Source: Vicugna vicugna (Eukaryota). Taken from it: a DNA stretch of 64,000 nucleotides. The stretch is from positions 1-64,000 of the forward strand of contig MU058533.1 in NCBI GenBank assembly GCA_013265495.1, given 5' to 3'. Numbering within the stretch: position 1 is the stretch's first letter; each line of letters starts with the position of its first letter. The position numbers were made by a program, and so were the translations under genes. The notes under the pieces are model-generated. The model did no database searches. It was not told where the DNA came from and saw nothing but the letters and a program-made list of their open reading frames with translations. Of this stretch, positions 22,866 to 35,412 are shown one piece after another.

Positions 22866-24651
22866 GTTTTTAATGTATTTATTTTACAATATCATATTTT
22901 AATTTAAGTATAGTTGATATACAATATGATACTTTATAGGTATACTATACAGTGATTCACAAAATTTTCAAAGTTATTATATACTCCATTTATAATTATT
23001 ATTAAATATTGGCTACATTCCCCATGGTGTATATACATCCTTGTAGCTTATTTTATACCTGATAGTTTGTGCCTCTTAATCCTCCACCTCCATCTTGCCC
23101 TTCCTCTTTCCGTCTCCCCATTGGTAACCACTAGTTCCTTCTCTATGTCTGTGAGTCTGTTTCTTTTCTGTTATATTCACTAGTTTGTTGTATTTTTTTA
23201 GGTTCCACATGTAAGTGGTATCTTACAGTATTTGTCTTTCTCTGTCTGACTTATTTCACTTATATAATGCCCTCCAAGTCCATCCATGCTGTACGCCAGA
23301 AACTAACACAACATTTTACTTCAATTAAAAAGCAACATTGTACTTCAATTAAAAAGCAAACAACCAACCAATCAACCCCTTTAAAATATGGGCAAAAGAA
23401 CTGAACAGACATTTTTCCAAAAGAGGAAATGCAGATGGCCAACAGGAACATAAAAAGTTGCTCAACATCACTAATATCAGGGAAACGCAAATCAAAATCA
23501 CGAGACACCATCTCACACCTGTCAACATGGCCATCATCAAAAAGAACCCAAATAACAAATGTTGACAAGGATATGGAGAAAAGGGAACCTTTGTACACTG
23601 TTTGTGGGAATGTAAATTGGTAAAGCCACTATGGAAAACAATATGGAAATTTTTCAAAAACCTAAAATGAGAACCACCATATGGTCCAGCAATTTCACTC
23701 CTGGGCATGTATCCAAGAAAAACAAAAACATTAATTCAAAAAGATACATACACCCCACTGTTAACAGCAACATTATTTATAATTGCCAAGATATGGAAGC
23801 ATCCTAAGTGCACATCAATAAATGAATGGATAAAGAAGATGTAGCATATATACACAATGGAATACAATTCACCCATAAAAAAGAAAGATATTTTGCCATT
23901 TGCAGCCTTTCGTTCACTTTTTTTTTTCACTTCAAAACCCAGAATTTTATAATTGGCATAAACATTTCCATTGCACCAAAAACAACAAAATACCTAGAAA
24001 TAAACTTAGACAAGGGGGCTACATATATATACCCTGAAAACTATAAAACACTGATGAAGGAAATTGAAGATGATACAAAGAAATGCAGGATTCTTGTGCT
24101 CTTGGATTGGAAGAATCAACATTATCAAAATGGCCATACTACCCAAAGCAATCTACAGATCCAATGCAACTTCTATCCAAATACTCAAGACAGTTTTCAC
24201 AGAACTAGAACAAAAAATTCCAAAATTAATATGGAACCATAAAAGACCCTGAAATGCCAAAGCAATCTTTTGTAGGTGTTTTTTTTCTTTCTTCTTTTTA
24301 TCCTCTTTTCTTTTGGTTTGATGACTAGAGAAGTTCCTTTAACATTTGTTGTAAAGTTGGTTTGGTGGTGCTGAATTCTTCTAGCTTCTGTTTATCTGTG
24401 AAGATTTGATTTCTCCATCAAATATGACCAAGCACCTTGCGGGATAGAGTATTCTTCATTGTAAGTTTTTCCCTTTCATCACTTTAAATATACTGTGCCA
24501 CTCCCTTCTAACCTGTAGAGTTTCTGCTGGAAAATCAGCTGATAACCTTATGGGAGTTCCCTTGTATGTTATTTGTTGCTTTTCTCTTGATAATTTTAAT
24601 ATTTTCTCCACATCCTTAATTTTTGTCAATCTGATGTCTTTGTGCCTTGGC
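22866..24651. mobile_element. Rearranged L1 insertion with an 18-bp target-site duplication
   Basis: GTCATGCACCATTTCTTG at 22848-22865 and 24652-24669. It contains a minus-strand 3' end, plus-strand ORF2 pieces and a minus-strand ORF1 piece (TPRH...KGTPIRLSADF). The site is empty in gene B at about 57601-57618. Confidence 0.85.
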
Positions 24652-25169
24652 GTCATGCACCATTTCTTGACACAGAATCAGGAAGTTCAGAGACAAGAAG
24701 ACTCTGGCCTCTGGGGCACACAGCCTGGTAGGAGTCCAAGTCCTGCCTCCAAGTAGCCCAGGGCCTGGGTTGAGACATGACTGCCAGAAGCAGGAACAGA
24801 GAAACCAGCTGGCTGGGGATTACTCGCATCAGATTCAGGGGATAAAGGGCCCAGGCAGAACAGGGCACCTGGAAGGGTAATGGGCAAGGCTGTGAGGGGC
24901 CATGAGAGAACAGGGTCCAGACAGGGGAGGACAAAGCTGGGAGATCCTGAGTGCAGTTCTGCTCCACCCTCACTCTGACTGTGGGCTGTGCCAAACCTCT
25001 CTGGGCTCAGTCTTCCCTGGGAAATGGGATTTTGGATGAGAGCCTTAGAGGGGGACAAAGGAGGGTTCCACAGGAAATGGGAAGGATCAGGAGCCCCTAA
25101 AAAAGGTGGAGGGAAGGACAGAGGCTGGCAACTTGTACTCATCCGACTGTGTGCCCATACTTCAATGAA

Positions 25170-25735
25170 GTAAATCTACTCTGTGTAGAGAACTGTATGT
25201 AAAGAGTGCCTATTGTATGCTAGGTACCTCAAAACGCATCCCTCGTTGTGTCAGGAACTCTACATAAAGTGCACCTACTATGTGCCAAGTACTCTGTATA
25301 AATCTTGTCTACCGCATGCCTGGTATTCTACATAAAGCATGCCTACTATGTACTGGGTACTCTCCAGAAGGCATGCCCACTAAGTGCCAGGTGCTCTACC
25401 TAAACACACCTACTATGTGTCAGGTGCTCTACACAAAATGAACCTAATCTGTGCAAAGAACTTTATATAAAGCATTCCTACTATGTGACAGGGACCGTAT
25501 ATGAAATTGTACCTATTACACACTGGGTACCCTACACAAATCCTGTCTACTGTATCCAGGTGTTCTAAATAAAGCATACCTACTAAGTGCCAGGCATACT
25601 ACACAGAGTGTCTACTATGTGCTGGCCCCTCTACATGAAGCATGTCTACCATATGCCAGGTACTGTACATAAAATACTCTTTCTGTGTGTCAGGTGCTCT
25701 ACGTAAAGTAAACCCACTGTGTGCCACATGTTCTG
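25170..25735 (+). repeat. Degenerate minisatellite, unit about 34 bp (about 16 units)
   Basis: Consensus about CCTACTATGTGCCAGGTACTCTACATAAAGCATG. Confidence 0.8.
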
Positions 25736-25878
25736 CCAGTAAGATAATACAGTACCCTCCCCTCAGTGCTCTGGGCCAGCACCCTGGGATCAGGCAGAAA
25801 GAACCAAGTGATGGCAGGAGGGAAGACACCCACGTAACAGGAGAGCAAACGGTGGCTAAAGAGGGCAAGAGCTGGACC

Positions 25879-26480
25879 TGAGACAGGAGGAAAGGGGGCA
25901 GGGCACAACCATTAAAAGAATGACACAGCCACTAGCACCAAGATGGCAGAAGAGTCAACTCCCAGCAGGCCCTGCGCTTCGCTGTGCGCTCATTGTAATA
26001 CAAGAATGACACTCTCACAGACGCCGTGATAGTTTCAATGCTGAGCATAAAGGTGAAAAGGTGGGTGATGGCCCATTTCCTGGGAATGCTGGCCCCTTCC
26101 CCAAAGTTGGAATAATCCTCCCACTTGTTACATTATGAGCCCATAAAAGCTGACAACCCCACTCCTTGTGGCCGATCTCACCTTCCTGAACGACACCGCG
26201 AGCTCTGGGGCCACCTCTCCCTCTCAAGGTGGCCTGCATTCTGCCTACGGAATGTGTGTCTTCTAGGGCTTGGTCTCTCTCTCTTCCCTTCTGAAATGGC
26301 CCACGCTCTGTCTATGGAGAATGTATTTTTCTGAATAAATCTACCTTCACTCAACTATGGCTCGCTTTTGAATTCTTTCCTGCACAGAGCCAAGGACCCT
26401 CACTTGGCACGGTGTGTCCCAGGGACGTGCCTGACACCTGGGACATGGCCATCCTCTAGCGCCCCATTTTTCCTGTATCA
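25879..26480 (+). mobile_element. Solo ERV LTR
   Basis: TGAGACAGGA...TCCTGTATCA imperfect terminal inverted repeat, TATA-like CATAAAAG, AATAAA at 26334-26339. TSD not clean. Confidence 0.7.
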
Positions 26481-29400
26481 GAAGGCACCCAGGTCTGCCA
26501 TGCCACCAAGCTGAATCCTTTCCCTCTGCCATGCTCCTCCTCCCCCACTCATAGGGGACAATGTCCTATTAATCCAGGGACATTTATAATGGTGGAATCT
26601 TAGCAATATGGTGATGCCAGTGGGCAGATATCTGGAGGCCTTTGTGTCACCACATGGACCATCCTCCCACATGCAGAATGCACCACCCAGCGGGTCTAGA
26701 GCCCCTCTCCTGGCCCTCTCTTGATCCTGTCCAGAATTTCCCTGGGGAGTGGTCTCAGGTGACAGAGAACTTGAATGATGGGCTCCTGGCAGAACTACTG
26801 AGCAGGAGAGTGGGGGAGAGACAGTCCTCCTGACACTGGCAGGACGCTAGGGAGAACCCAAGCCTCCCTCCTCACAACACTGATTGCCCCCAATCAGTGG
26901 GGGCAGGTGGAGGCAGGATTCTCAGGTGGAGAATCCTAAAGGCCTCAGTGGGGTGGCTTGAATCCTCCCCTCAAAATCTCCTCCCCTTCCACAGGAGTAG
27001 ACTTTGCCTCCTAGCAGCTCCACCCACATCAGGTTCAGTGGGGCAAGGTCAGAATACGATAAACCAGGCAGAGACCTGGCACACTCAGGAGAAAGAGCCC
27101 CCCGTGCCCAGAGGGGTTCAGCTCCTTGCAGACCTACTGTGGGCCGGGAATAGGCAGGCAGCCTAGAGCAGGAGCAGCAGCCACCACATCAGCATTTGCC
27201 AACATAAACCACTAAGCTGTTTTAAGTCTTTTAAGTACATTAACCATTATTCCTCATTTTCCGGAAGAGGAAACTGAGACTGAGAACTATGTGAGTGACC
27301 CAGCCAAAGTCATGCAGTTGATGGAGCCAGGCTGTGCCCCAGGCTTCACACCGAGTACCATGAACCACTAGGCTCTGCTCCTTCCATACCTATAAACAGT
27401 CATTTCACCAGCATCACCTCCCATGATGGTGGGAATCATTAAAAGAGACAATGCTTGTTGTAAAACACATAGCACAAAGGAAGGTCTCAGTAAATGCAAG
27501 TCACTGTTATTGCTGTTGCTGCTCCTCGTGTCATCATCCAACAGCCCCGGAAAACCAAATTCAAGGGCCTGTTTTTTACAGAAGAGGAGCGGAGATTCAG
27601 AGAAGTGAAGCAACTTGCTCCAGCCCTCTAGCAAATTAGGTAAATATGAAAGTACAAGTGACATCAAAGCCTGGCACACACACTAGCTGCTCATTAAATA
27701 TTGGGGAAGAGAGAACTGTTTGCAGCAGCGAGTTCTAAGGCTCAGCTGCTAAAAGTCTGGCCCTCGAACTTCCACCATCCCACCATCTCTATCACCTGAG
27801 AGTGTGCAGGAAATGCAGAATCTCACACCCCGCCACCCAGAAATACTGACTTAGAATTGCAGCTAAATAGATCCGCAGGGAAACTGTGTACACTCCTTCA
27901 AGTTTTAGGAAGTGTGGCTTTAAGACTCTGGAGTCTGGATTCTGCAAGGGATGCAAGGAGCACAGTGCCTTCACCCCTCTGGTTCTGAGTGGGTTTTTTT
28001 TCAAATTATAAAATAAGGACAAAAATCTATACCTCCCAGAATTCCTCCTACAACATATGATTACTGATCATCTTACATGCTGGACTCTATTTTAGGCACT
28101 GAGGATGCAGCAGTGAGCACTGCAGACATCGTCCCTGCTGTCAAGGGGCTCACATCTTGTGTGGAGATGGGCAAAGATCGAATGAATGATCAACCACGTG
28201 TCAGACAGTGCTAAGTGATGTGCTGGGGAGGGAGCCTACCTTAGGCAGGAGCGGACAGAGACCTGAATGAAGAGGGAGAATCTCCAAGAGCAGGAACTGC
28301 ATGGAACACTGAGGCCGCACGAAAAAAGCGAGTGGGTTCTTTTCCTTTGACACTTGGGCTAACATGCGAGATAATGCAATTGATCCTTGGGAAGGCCGAT
28401 GTGGGCAGCAAATTCTGGCTCCGTATGGAAACTATAAGCAGGTGTCAAGGTTTCACTAGCCGTGACCAAATATTCAAACCCCAGCAGGTCTCTGCAGCCA
28501 TCACAAGGGCAGGGTCCATCAGCCTGGTTCCCCTGATTCCTGGGTCAGGTGGTAGAAGAAGAAAGGGATCCAGTGTGAGAAGCAGGAAGTCTCAGGAGAG
28601 ATCTGTTCACAGCCTGTGGAAGCTGAAGCCTCTCCAATGGTATCTCATCAAACAAGGAATGTCTCACTTGCCAAGTCACACAAGCCTGGCTCGTGCAATG
28701 TCCACCTGCCAGTGTTGGAGGGAGGGGAGCCACTCATGGAAACATAGAGTCTCCTCCTTCTCCGGGGTCCTTTCTCCCCCACCCAGAGCCAGGCAGCTGG
28801 CAAGCCTGTGCCAGACCAGCCATGGTGGTCACTCTGTGAGTCACCAGCCTCAGGCATGGCCCGTCACCTCTCTGAGGTTCAGTCTTCACATCTGTAAAAT
28901 GGGCCCGATAAAACCTCATGGAGAGTTGCAAGCGATCTAGCAGACACAGGCAGAGAGTAGGGGAAAACACATTTCAAAATGATATCTGAATAAAGAGTTC
29001 CATCTGTAGACAAAACGTGAATGTGTATGTGTGCATGTCTGTATTATGCATTGAAAAAAAACCTAGAAGAGTCCACGCATCACAGCGGAATTGAAGGAAG
29101 TAGAATTGGAGTCTCTAATGCATTTTTCACATGCACGGAGCTGCTACGACTTCTATCACTAAAGCACAATTGTAAAAAGAAAGATTTAGCACAGTGAGGG
29201 GCACTTAGCTAGCACACAAAACAGATGAGCAGTTCTTATTTGTCTCACCATAAAGATACATCTCCCAGGAATCAGCCTGGGGTCTCTCTAAAACAAGCAT
29301 GCTGGCTGCCTGATGGTTGGAGTGTCACCTTTCCTCTCCTCACTCAGCTCTTGGGAAGGATCAAGTTCTGAATTCAACAGAACTGAGTTCAAATCCCAGC

Positions 29401-29750
29401 TCTGCCACTCACTGGCTGTGTGACCTTGGGAAAGTCAATTGCCCTCTCTGAGCCACATGTCCTCCTTTGTAAGTGGAGAGATGGGTTGATACCTCCAAGG
29501 TAGTTCATTTCTTAATAACAAACTGTACTTGACCACCTACTCTGTATGAGGCACAGTGCTAGAACCCAGGACACGGCATAAGCAAGACAGATAAGGTGTC
29601 TGGATCGTGGTGCTCATGTCTGATGGAAGAAGCTCAAGTCAAATGGTGGCAGTAATTAAGGAAATTCACAGAGTAAGACATACTAGAAAGTGACTGAGGG
29701 GGCTGTTCTGGACAGGGCAATCAGGGAGGGTCTACCTGAGGAGGTGACCT

Positions 29751-30246
29751 TGTTACTGAGTCCAAGCTTGTACAACAGAGAGATGAGGTATTGGGGCAAG
29801 GAATAGCGACTTTACTCGGAAAGCCAGCAGACCAGGAAGATGGTGGACTAGTGTCCTAACCTGAGTTAGAATTCAGGCTTCTTTTGTACTAAAAAGGGAG
29901 GCTGAGTTGCTGGTTGTTGCCAGCTTCTCAGTGCCAGAATCCTTTGTTCTTGCAGCTGTCCACACAGGTCAGGTCACGACGTTCCTGTAAACCTCCAACA
30001 ATACAAGTGTTATTCTCTGTTCCACAATTTTTTAACTCTGTATGAATGGGGAAGTGTTATACCTTTAAAAGTCAACTCTGGGAGGCAGAGCCTTAAGAAT
30101 GGGATATCCTGTCTATGTCAGGCTATAGGCAGCATTCTTTTACAAAGGTGCAGAGCTAGCATGACTAAGAACAGAAAACAGAGCACAAAGGTTACAATTA
30201 TAGGAATAGATCCAATATGGAGTCAGGTTTTTTCTTCTCTGTTACA
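29751..30246 (-). mobile_element. Solo ERV1-like LTR inserted in an L2 relic
   Basis: TGTTAC...GTTACA ends, 4-bp TSD ACCT. A related copy starts at 31949. Confidence 0.75.
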
Positions 30247-30309
30247 ACCTTTGAGCAGAAACCTGAATGATATGGAGAAGTAGGTAGTCAATAAAGATCA
30301 CCCCTAGAT

Positions 30310-30518
30310 TAAAAAACAAGGTCCTATGATACAGAACAGGGAACTATATTCAATACCTTGTAATGGCCTATAAAGAAAAAGCATATGAAAAAGACTTTAT
30401 ATATATATATATATAGTATTTATATATAATACATTCATATATATATATGAATCACTGTGCTGTACACCAGAAATTAACACAGCATTGTAAATCAACTATA
30501 CTTCAATTAAAAAAAAAA
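30310..30518 (+). mobile_element. Short L1 3' tail (cetartiodactyl-type)
   Basis: AACAAGGTCCTA...GGGAACTATATTCAATACCTTG...ACTATACTTCAATT followed by poly(A), TSD about AAAGATCACCCC. Confidence 0.75.
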
Positions 30519-30869
30519 GATCACCCCCAACCCCCAAACCTAAAGACCCAGCACAAGGTGGGGCAATCATGTGGTCTAAAAATGTGTTGTCATTCTTACT
30601 TCCTTCCTCGAAGGTGCTGAGAAAAACAGAGAAAGTGAGGCAATTTTACTTGAAGTCTGCACGTGAGGAAAGCAGAAACTAGTGAGGGAAGCAGGAACTA
30701 GCCGTGCTGAAGACCAACACTGATGATACAATCTGGCCAGACACTCAAGTAGAAAGTGGTTGCTGCATTTCACTTACTGTAGTAAAGATCAGGAAATCTG
30801 ACCAACCCCTGAAGTCACATTGAGCCAGGCCAGATCTGTAAGCTGGGGCTGCCAAATTCTTGGCAGAGA

Positions 30870-31512
30870 TGTTGTTAGTGATTAGGTTTCTCACTGCAGG
30901 AAGAATTCAGAAATGAGATGTGGAGATTAAGAAAGCAAAGTGAGGATTTATTAAGGGGTGGATAGTACACTCCCTATGGGTTAGCGGGCAGGCTCAGGTG
31001 AGCAGCTGCCCTGAGTTCCTTTGGTAAGCTGGTTACATAGGTTGTAAAAATGAATGGGCAGAATATTCATTGGGAAGGGAAGAGTTGGGGGTCGTATTCC
31101 CTGACTTTCATCCCAGCTCCACCTTCCTGAGGAGAGGAGGGATTTTTGTTCTTACTGTCTGAACCGGAAGTGTCATGGCATCAACACATGATGGGTACTT
31201 TAATCGGCAAGGCTAATTTTATTGTAATGAGGGCATAATGAGCAAAACGTTATATTAGGACACTGGAGACTCCTGTCTTTTCCCACCTTTCTTTGTAGGC
31301 CTCCAGGCCACTTGTCACCCCCAAAATGTGTGAATTCTTATCAGCCCAGAGGTTCCTGCTTTTCTTTCTCTGCCCAGGGACCCCTGTTGTTTACATGATG
31401 TATGGTTTCCTGCATTTGGCACCGTGCCCCTCTCCTTTATTTGCCCAATTCCTGCCATTTGGCCCATGTCCCCCTTTCCCTGCTCATATCTAGCTATCTG
31501 ACTGCTCTAACA
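30870..31512 (-). mobile_element. Solo ERV LTR
   Basis: TGTT...TAACA ends, reverse-strand AATAAA (tttatt near 30947). Confidence 0.6.
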
Positions 31513-31948
31513 GAGGTACCAGGTGAAAAAATTAGCTGGTTTGGGGAACAATAAGGCATAAAGAAAACTTCAGGAAAGCCTAGAAAACCCACAATAGTTG
31601 GCATCAACTTGCCCCGGATGGGATTTATTGGGTGATGCCAGTTATAAAAAGTAGCCTGACCACCAGCCAGAACTGGGGAACTCAGGACAGAGAGGTCAAC
31701 AGAGAACATCCCTGTGGAAAAGGAAAGGGTGTTTCTCATCCAAAAACCAATGGAGGGAGGCTCCAAGACCATCACTCAAAAGAAGTGGAAGGAATCTGCA
31801 GGGGGAGAGAAAGAATTTTGCTCTGCCTTCAGGTGTCTGCTTAGTCAGTGGGCAAAGGGGTTGCCCAGGTACAGAGGAGACATATTGCCTGTCCGCAGAG
31901 ACATGTGGAGCTAACACTGACGCACATTGAGACATTGTGCTGCAACAG

Positions 31949-32757
31949 TGTTACTGAGTCCAAGCTTGTACTGCTTCCCCTTCTACAGGCCAATAAATCA
32001 AGAGATGAGGTGTTGGGGCAAGGAATAGTGACTTTATTTGGAAAGCCAGCAGACTGAGAAGATGGCAGACTAGTGTCCCAAAGAATCATCTTACCCAAGT
32101 TAGAATTCAGGCTTCATTTATACTAAAAGAGGAGGAAGGTGGCTACTTGTTGCAGGTTTCTTGGTGCTGGCCAGACCCTGGAGGAGAAGTGATAATCCTT
32201 TGTTCTTTCAGCTGTCCACTCAGGTCTGGTCATGATGTTTCTGTAAACCTCCAGCAAGACAAATGTTATTCTCTGTTCTTCAACTTTGTATTGCTATATG
32301 AATGAAAATAGTTTTGGATTTAAAGTTCAATCCTGGGAGGCAGAGCCTTGAGAATGGGTTATCTTATCTATTTCAGACTATAGGCAACATTCTTTTACAA
32401 AGATGTAGAGCCAGCATGACTAAGCTCAGGCACCAGAGCACAAAGGTTAGAACTAAAGGAATAGATCCAGTATGGGGTCAGAATACATGTGATTTTGGCT
32501 AAAGGGTACTTACAATTCAATATACATCTGGTGGAAGATTACTGCTAGTCATAAGGAGCAGATTTCTCGGTTAATAATCTTAGAATTTGGGTTCATAAAA
32601 TTTTTTTCTGAAATATAGCTATCTGAAGTCTTGTTCTGCCTGTTTTCCCAATAGACAGTGTGCCTCATTCTATTCTTTGTACTGAATTAGCCACTGTAGT
32701 GGCGAATGACTTAATCCTTGTAGAACCAGATGGTAGACAACATTCCTTATTTTACAC
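31949..32757 (-). mobile_element. ERV1-like LTR, same family as 29751-30246 (right end approximate)
   Basis: Starts TGTTACTGAGTCCAAGCTTGTAC and is colinear with 29751-30225 up to about 32480. Confidence 0.7.
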
Positions 32758-34074
32758 TGCCTGTAATTTGTAAATGTCCCCTAGTTAAATCCACCCTTAT
32801 TTAGCCAGAAGCCCTTGCCAGGACCCCACTGTTGTTGCATTCCCCAAAGGGACTGGATACCTCAGCAAACCAGTTGTGTGAGTGTCAACATTTACGTAGG
32901 CACAGAAATATCTGAAAAATTACAACTAACACCTGGAATGGGAGGGCAGAGTAGAAGGAATTGTTCTGTTAAATGTATCCATTTAACCAACTGTTTCCTT
33001 TTCTTATACGAAGCCTGCAAAGCATTTTTAATTATAATTACTAATCTATGTAATTATAAATTATATTTTTAAAAGGAAAAATGCTTAGTGCACGTTTAGT
33101 GTCATGCCTGGACACCTGTGAGAAGCCAGAGGGCATTGTGGTTAAGAACAAGGACTCCAGGTGCCGGGGTTCAAATCAGGACCAGTTGTGTGAATTTGGG
33201 CAGATCTCTCTACCTCTCTGTGCCTCAATTTTCTTGCCTGAAAATTGAGGATAAGGACAAAGTGATTGTGAAAATCAAATGAATTGACATGAGTTAAGTG
33301 CTTACAACCCTCCCTGGCTCATCACCAAGCATAAGTAATTGTCATTATTTCTCTTATTTTATGATGGAATGAGGACATGAACACCAGCCATGAGCCATAG
33401 GTCCCACTGGCACACACATCAGTGATGTTGTAGGCTAAGAACATTCCCTGTTCATTCTCTCTGCTCTTAGCAGGAAAGAGGCTCCCAGGAAAAGAGCAAG
33501 CACCAGACTTGGGATCAGATGGTTCATGGTCAAAGCTGGGCTTTGCCACTCTTCAGCTGTGTGATCTTGGACAAGAGGCTTGCCCTCTCTGAGCTTCACA
33601 TTTCTCCTCAGTAAAAAGGGGAAAATAACAGGCTCTTGGGGATTGGAGTAGCAAGCCTATGTGGGTGTCTTAGTTTGGGTTCTCTGGAAGTAGACTCTAA
33701 TGCAAGAATTCAAGTGCAAATAATTTATTTGAAGGCAAGAATTCAACTGCAAGCTGTTTGCTGGAGAAGTGATTCCAGGAAATGCCAGTAGGGCAGTGGG
33801 GCAGTGAGATGGGGAAGGGAAGGCAACAGGTAAAGTGTGCTTTAGCAAGAAAGCTTACACTGTGGGCACCATGGGCTCAGTCCCTCTGGGAGACAGCAGA
33901 GAGCATGCACTCACCAGTCCTTAGTCAGGACTTTATCCAAGAGTGTTGTTTCTCCAGAATGTCCTCCTGCACTGCAAGGCTGAGGTCTGGGGACAGGGGC
34001 AGGGGGCCTCCCACAGCAATTGTTGTGAGGAACACAGCCTGGTGCAGACAGTTACAGTGGTTCAGTGACTTCAA

Positions 34075-34400
34075 AACACAGACACTCACACCCCTACATA
34101 CATCCACACACATACATCCACACATGCACACAACTGCATACACAATCACATACACATACACACTGTGTGCACACAGTCACACAAACACACTTACATACAC
34201 CCATGTGTGCCCTCAATTACATACACACACACGTGCATGCAAACACACGCATGCACGTGCACACATACACACATGCATTTCCCCGTGCACACAATTACAT
34301 GCATACACTCACATACACACACTATCATGCATGTGTGCACACTGTTGCACACTTACACACAGTCGCACATGGAGTCACACAGCCACATACACACACACAC
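34075..34400 (+). repeat. Degenerate (CA)n-rich tract
   Basis: Seen directly. The paralogous tract is at 63055-63270. Confidence 0.9.
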
Positions 34401-35273
34401 ATTGAACTAATGGAGACCAGATGACTTAGAGCTTGTTGTCTCAGAATCTTCCAGCAGAGGGAGCCTCCAACACATACTCAGGAGAGGAAAGAGCATCCCA
34501 CAGCATCTAGTGACTGGACTAGACCTGAGTTATGTCTTGAGAATTAAACACAGGAACCACTGGACCCACGCCTCTTCTCCTCCGTGTCTCTCATTCATTC
34601 ACCATCACAGCCCTTAGTGGAAAGTCAAAGCCTGTGTGTAGTGGGAGAGGAGACATTTGACACCCCAAGTATAGATAACTCTTGAAGGGACTTTCTTCAT
34701 GGTGGGGGAAAGAAATGATGCATTTACTGGGGGGAAAGTGGGGACAAGGGTAGGTTTTTTTTTTAATTGAAATAATACAGCATTATTTGTATTCCAGTGG
34801 GAGTGATCCAATAGGCTTCAGGATACATGGTCAATATAAAAAAATTAATTTTATTTCTATATTCCAGGGGTCAGTGAACTATTTGGGCTATGTACTAGAT
34901 ATGGCCTCTTGCCTGTCTTTGTAAGATACATAAACAAAGAATTGTTTTATATTTTTAAAGGATTATAAAGGAGTGGGAAGAAGAGGAGGAAGAGATTCTG
35001 AACATGGTATGCAAGGCCTAAAATATTTACTATATAGGTCTTTACAGAAAAAGTCTGCCAACCCTGCTGTACACTAGCAACAAACAATTGGAAGATGTTT
35101 TCAAATATCATTTTTCAAGTATCATACACCACAAAAAGTGAAATACTCAGATATAGGCTTAACAAAATACGTGCATGATTTCTATGATGGAACTTCAGGA
35201 CACCAGTGAAAGAAATCCAAGAAGACCCAAATTAATGTAGAGGTATACAATGTTCATGGAGTGGAAGACTCAA

Positions 35274-35412
35274 GGAGGGGAGGGTATAGCTCAGTGGTAG
35301 AGCACATGCTTAGCATGCATGAGATTCTGGGCTCAATCCCAAGTACCTCCATTTTAAAAATAAATTAATAAAAATAAAAATAAAATAAACCTAATTACTG
35401 CATCCCCCCAAA
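35274..35412 (+). mobile_element. tRNA-derived SINE (Vic-1-like)
   Basis: GGGTATAGCTCAGTGGTAGAGC...CAATCCC, TSD AAGACTCAA. Confidence 0.85.

Noticed and set aside
23260..24656. ORFs with L1 ORF1/ORF2 similarity as functional genes
   Set aside because: They are short, rearranged, disabled L1 fragments.
25170..25735. 34-bp periodic array as a CRISPR-like locus
   Set aside because: The DNA is mammalian, the units are contiguous and diverged, and there are no spacers or cas genes.
33782..34424. His/Thr-rich ORFs (also 62991-63513 and 51998-52651)
   Set aside because: They are translations of CA/GATA simple repeats.
35274..35355. tRNA-like sequences (also at 5184, 6771, 38189, 60744, 60992)
   Set aside because: They have A-rich tails, TSDs and degenerate stems, so they are SINEs and not tRNA genes.
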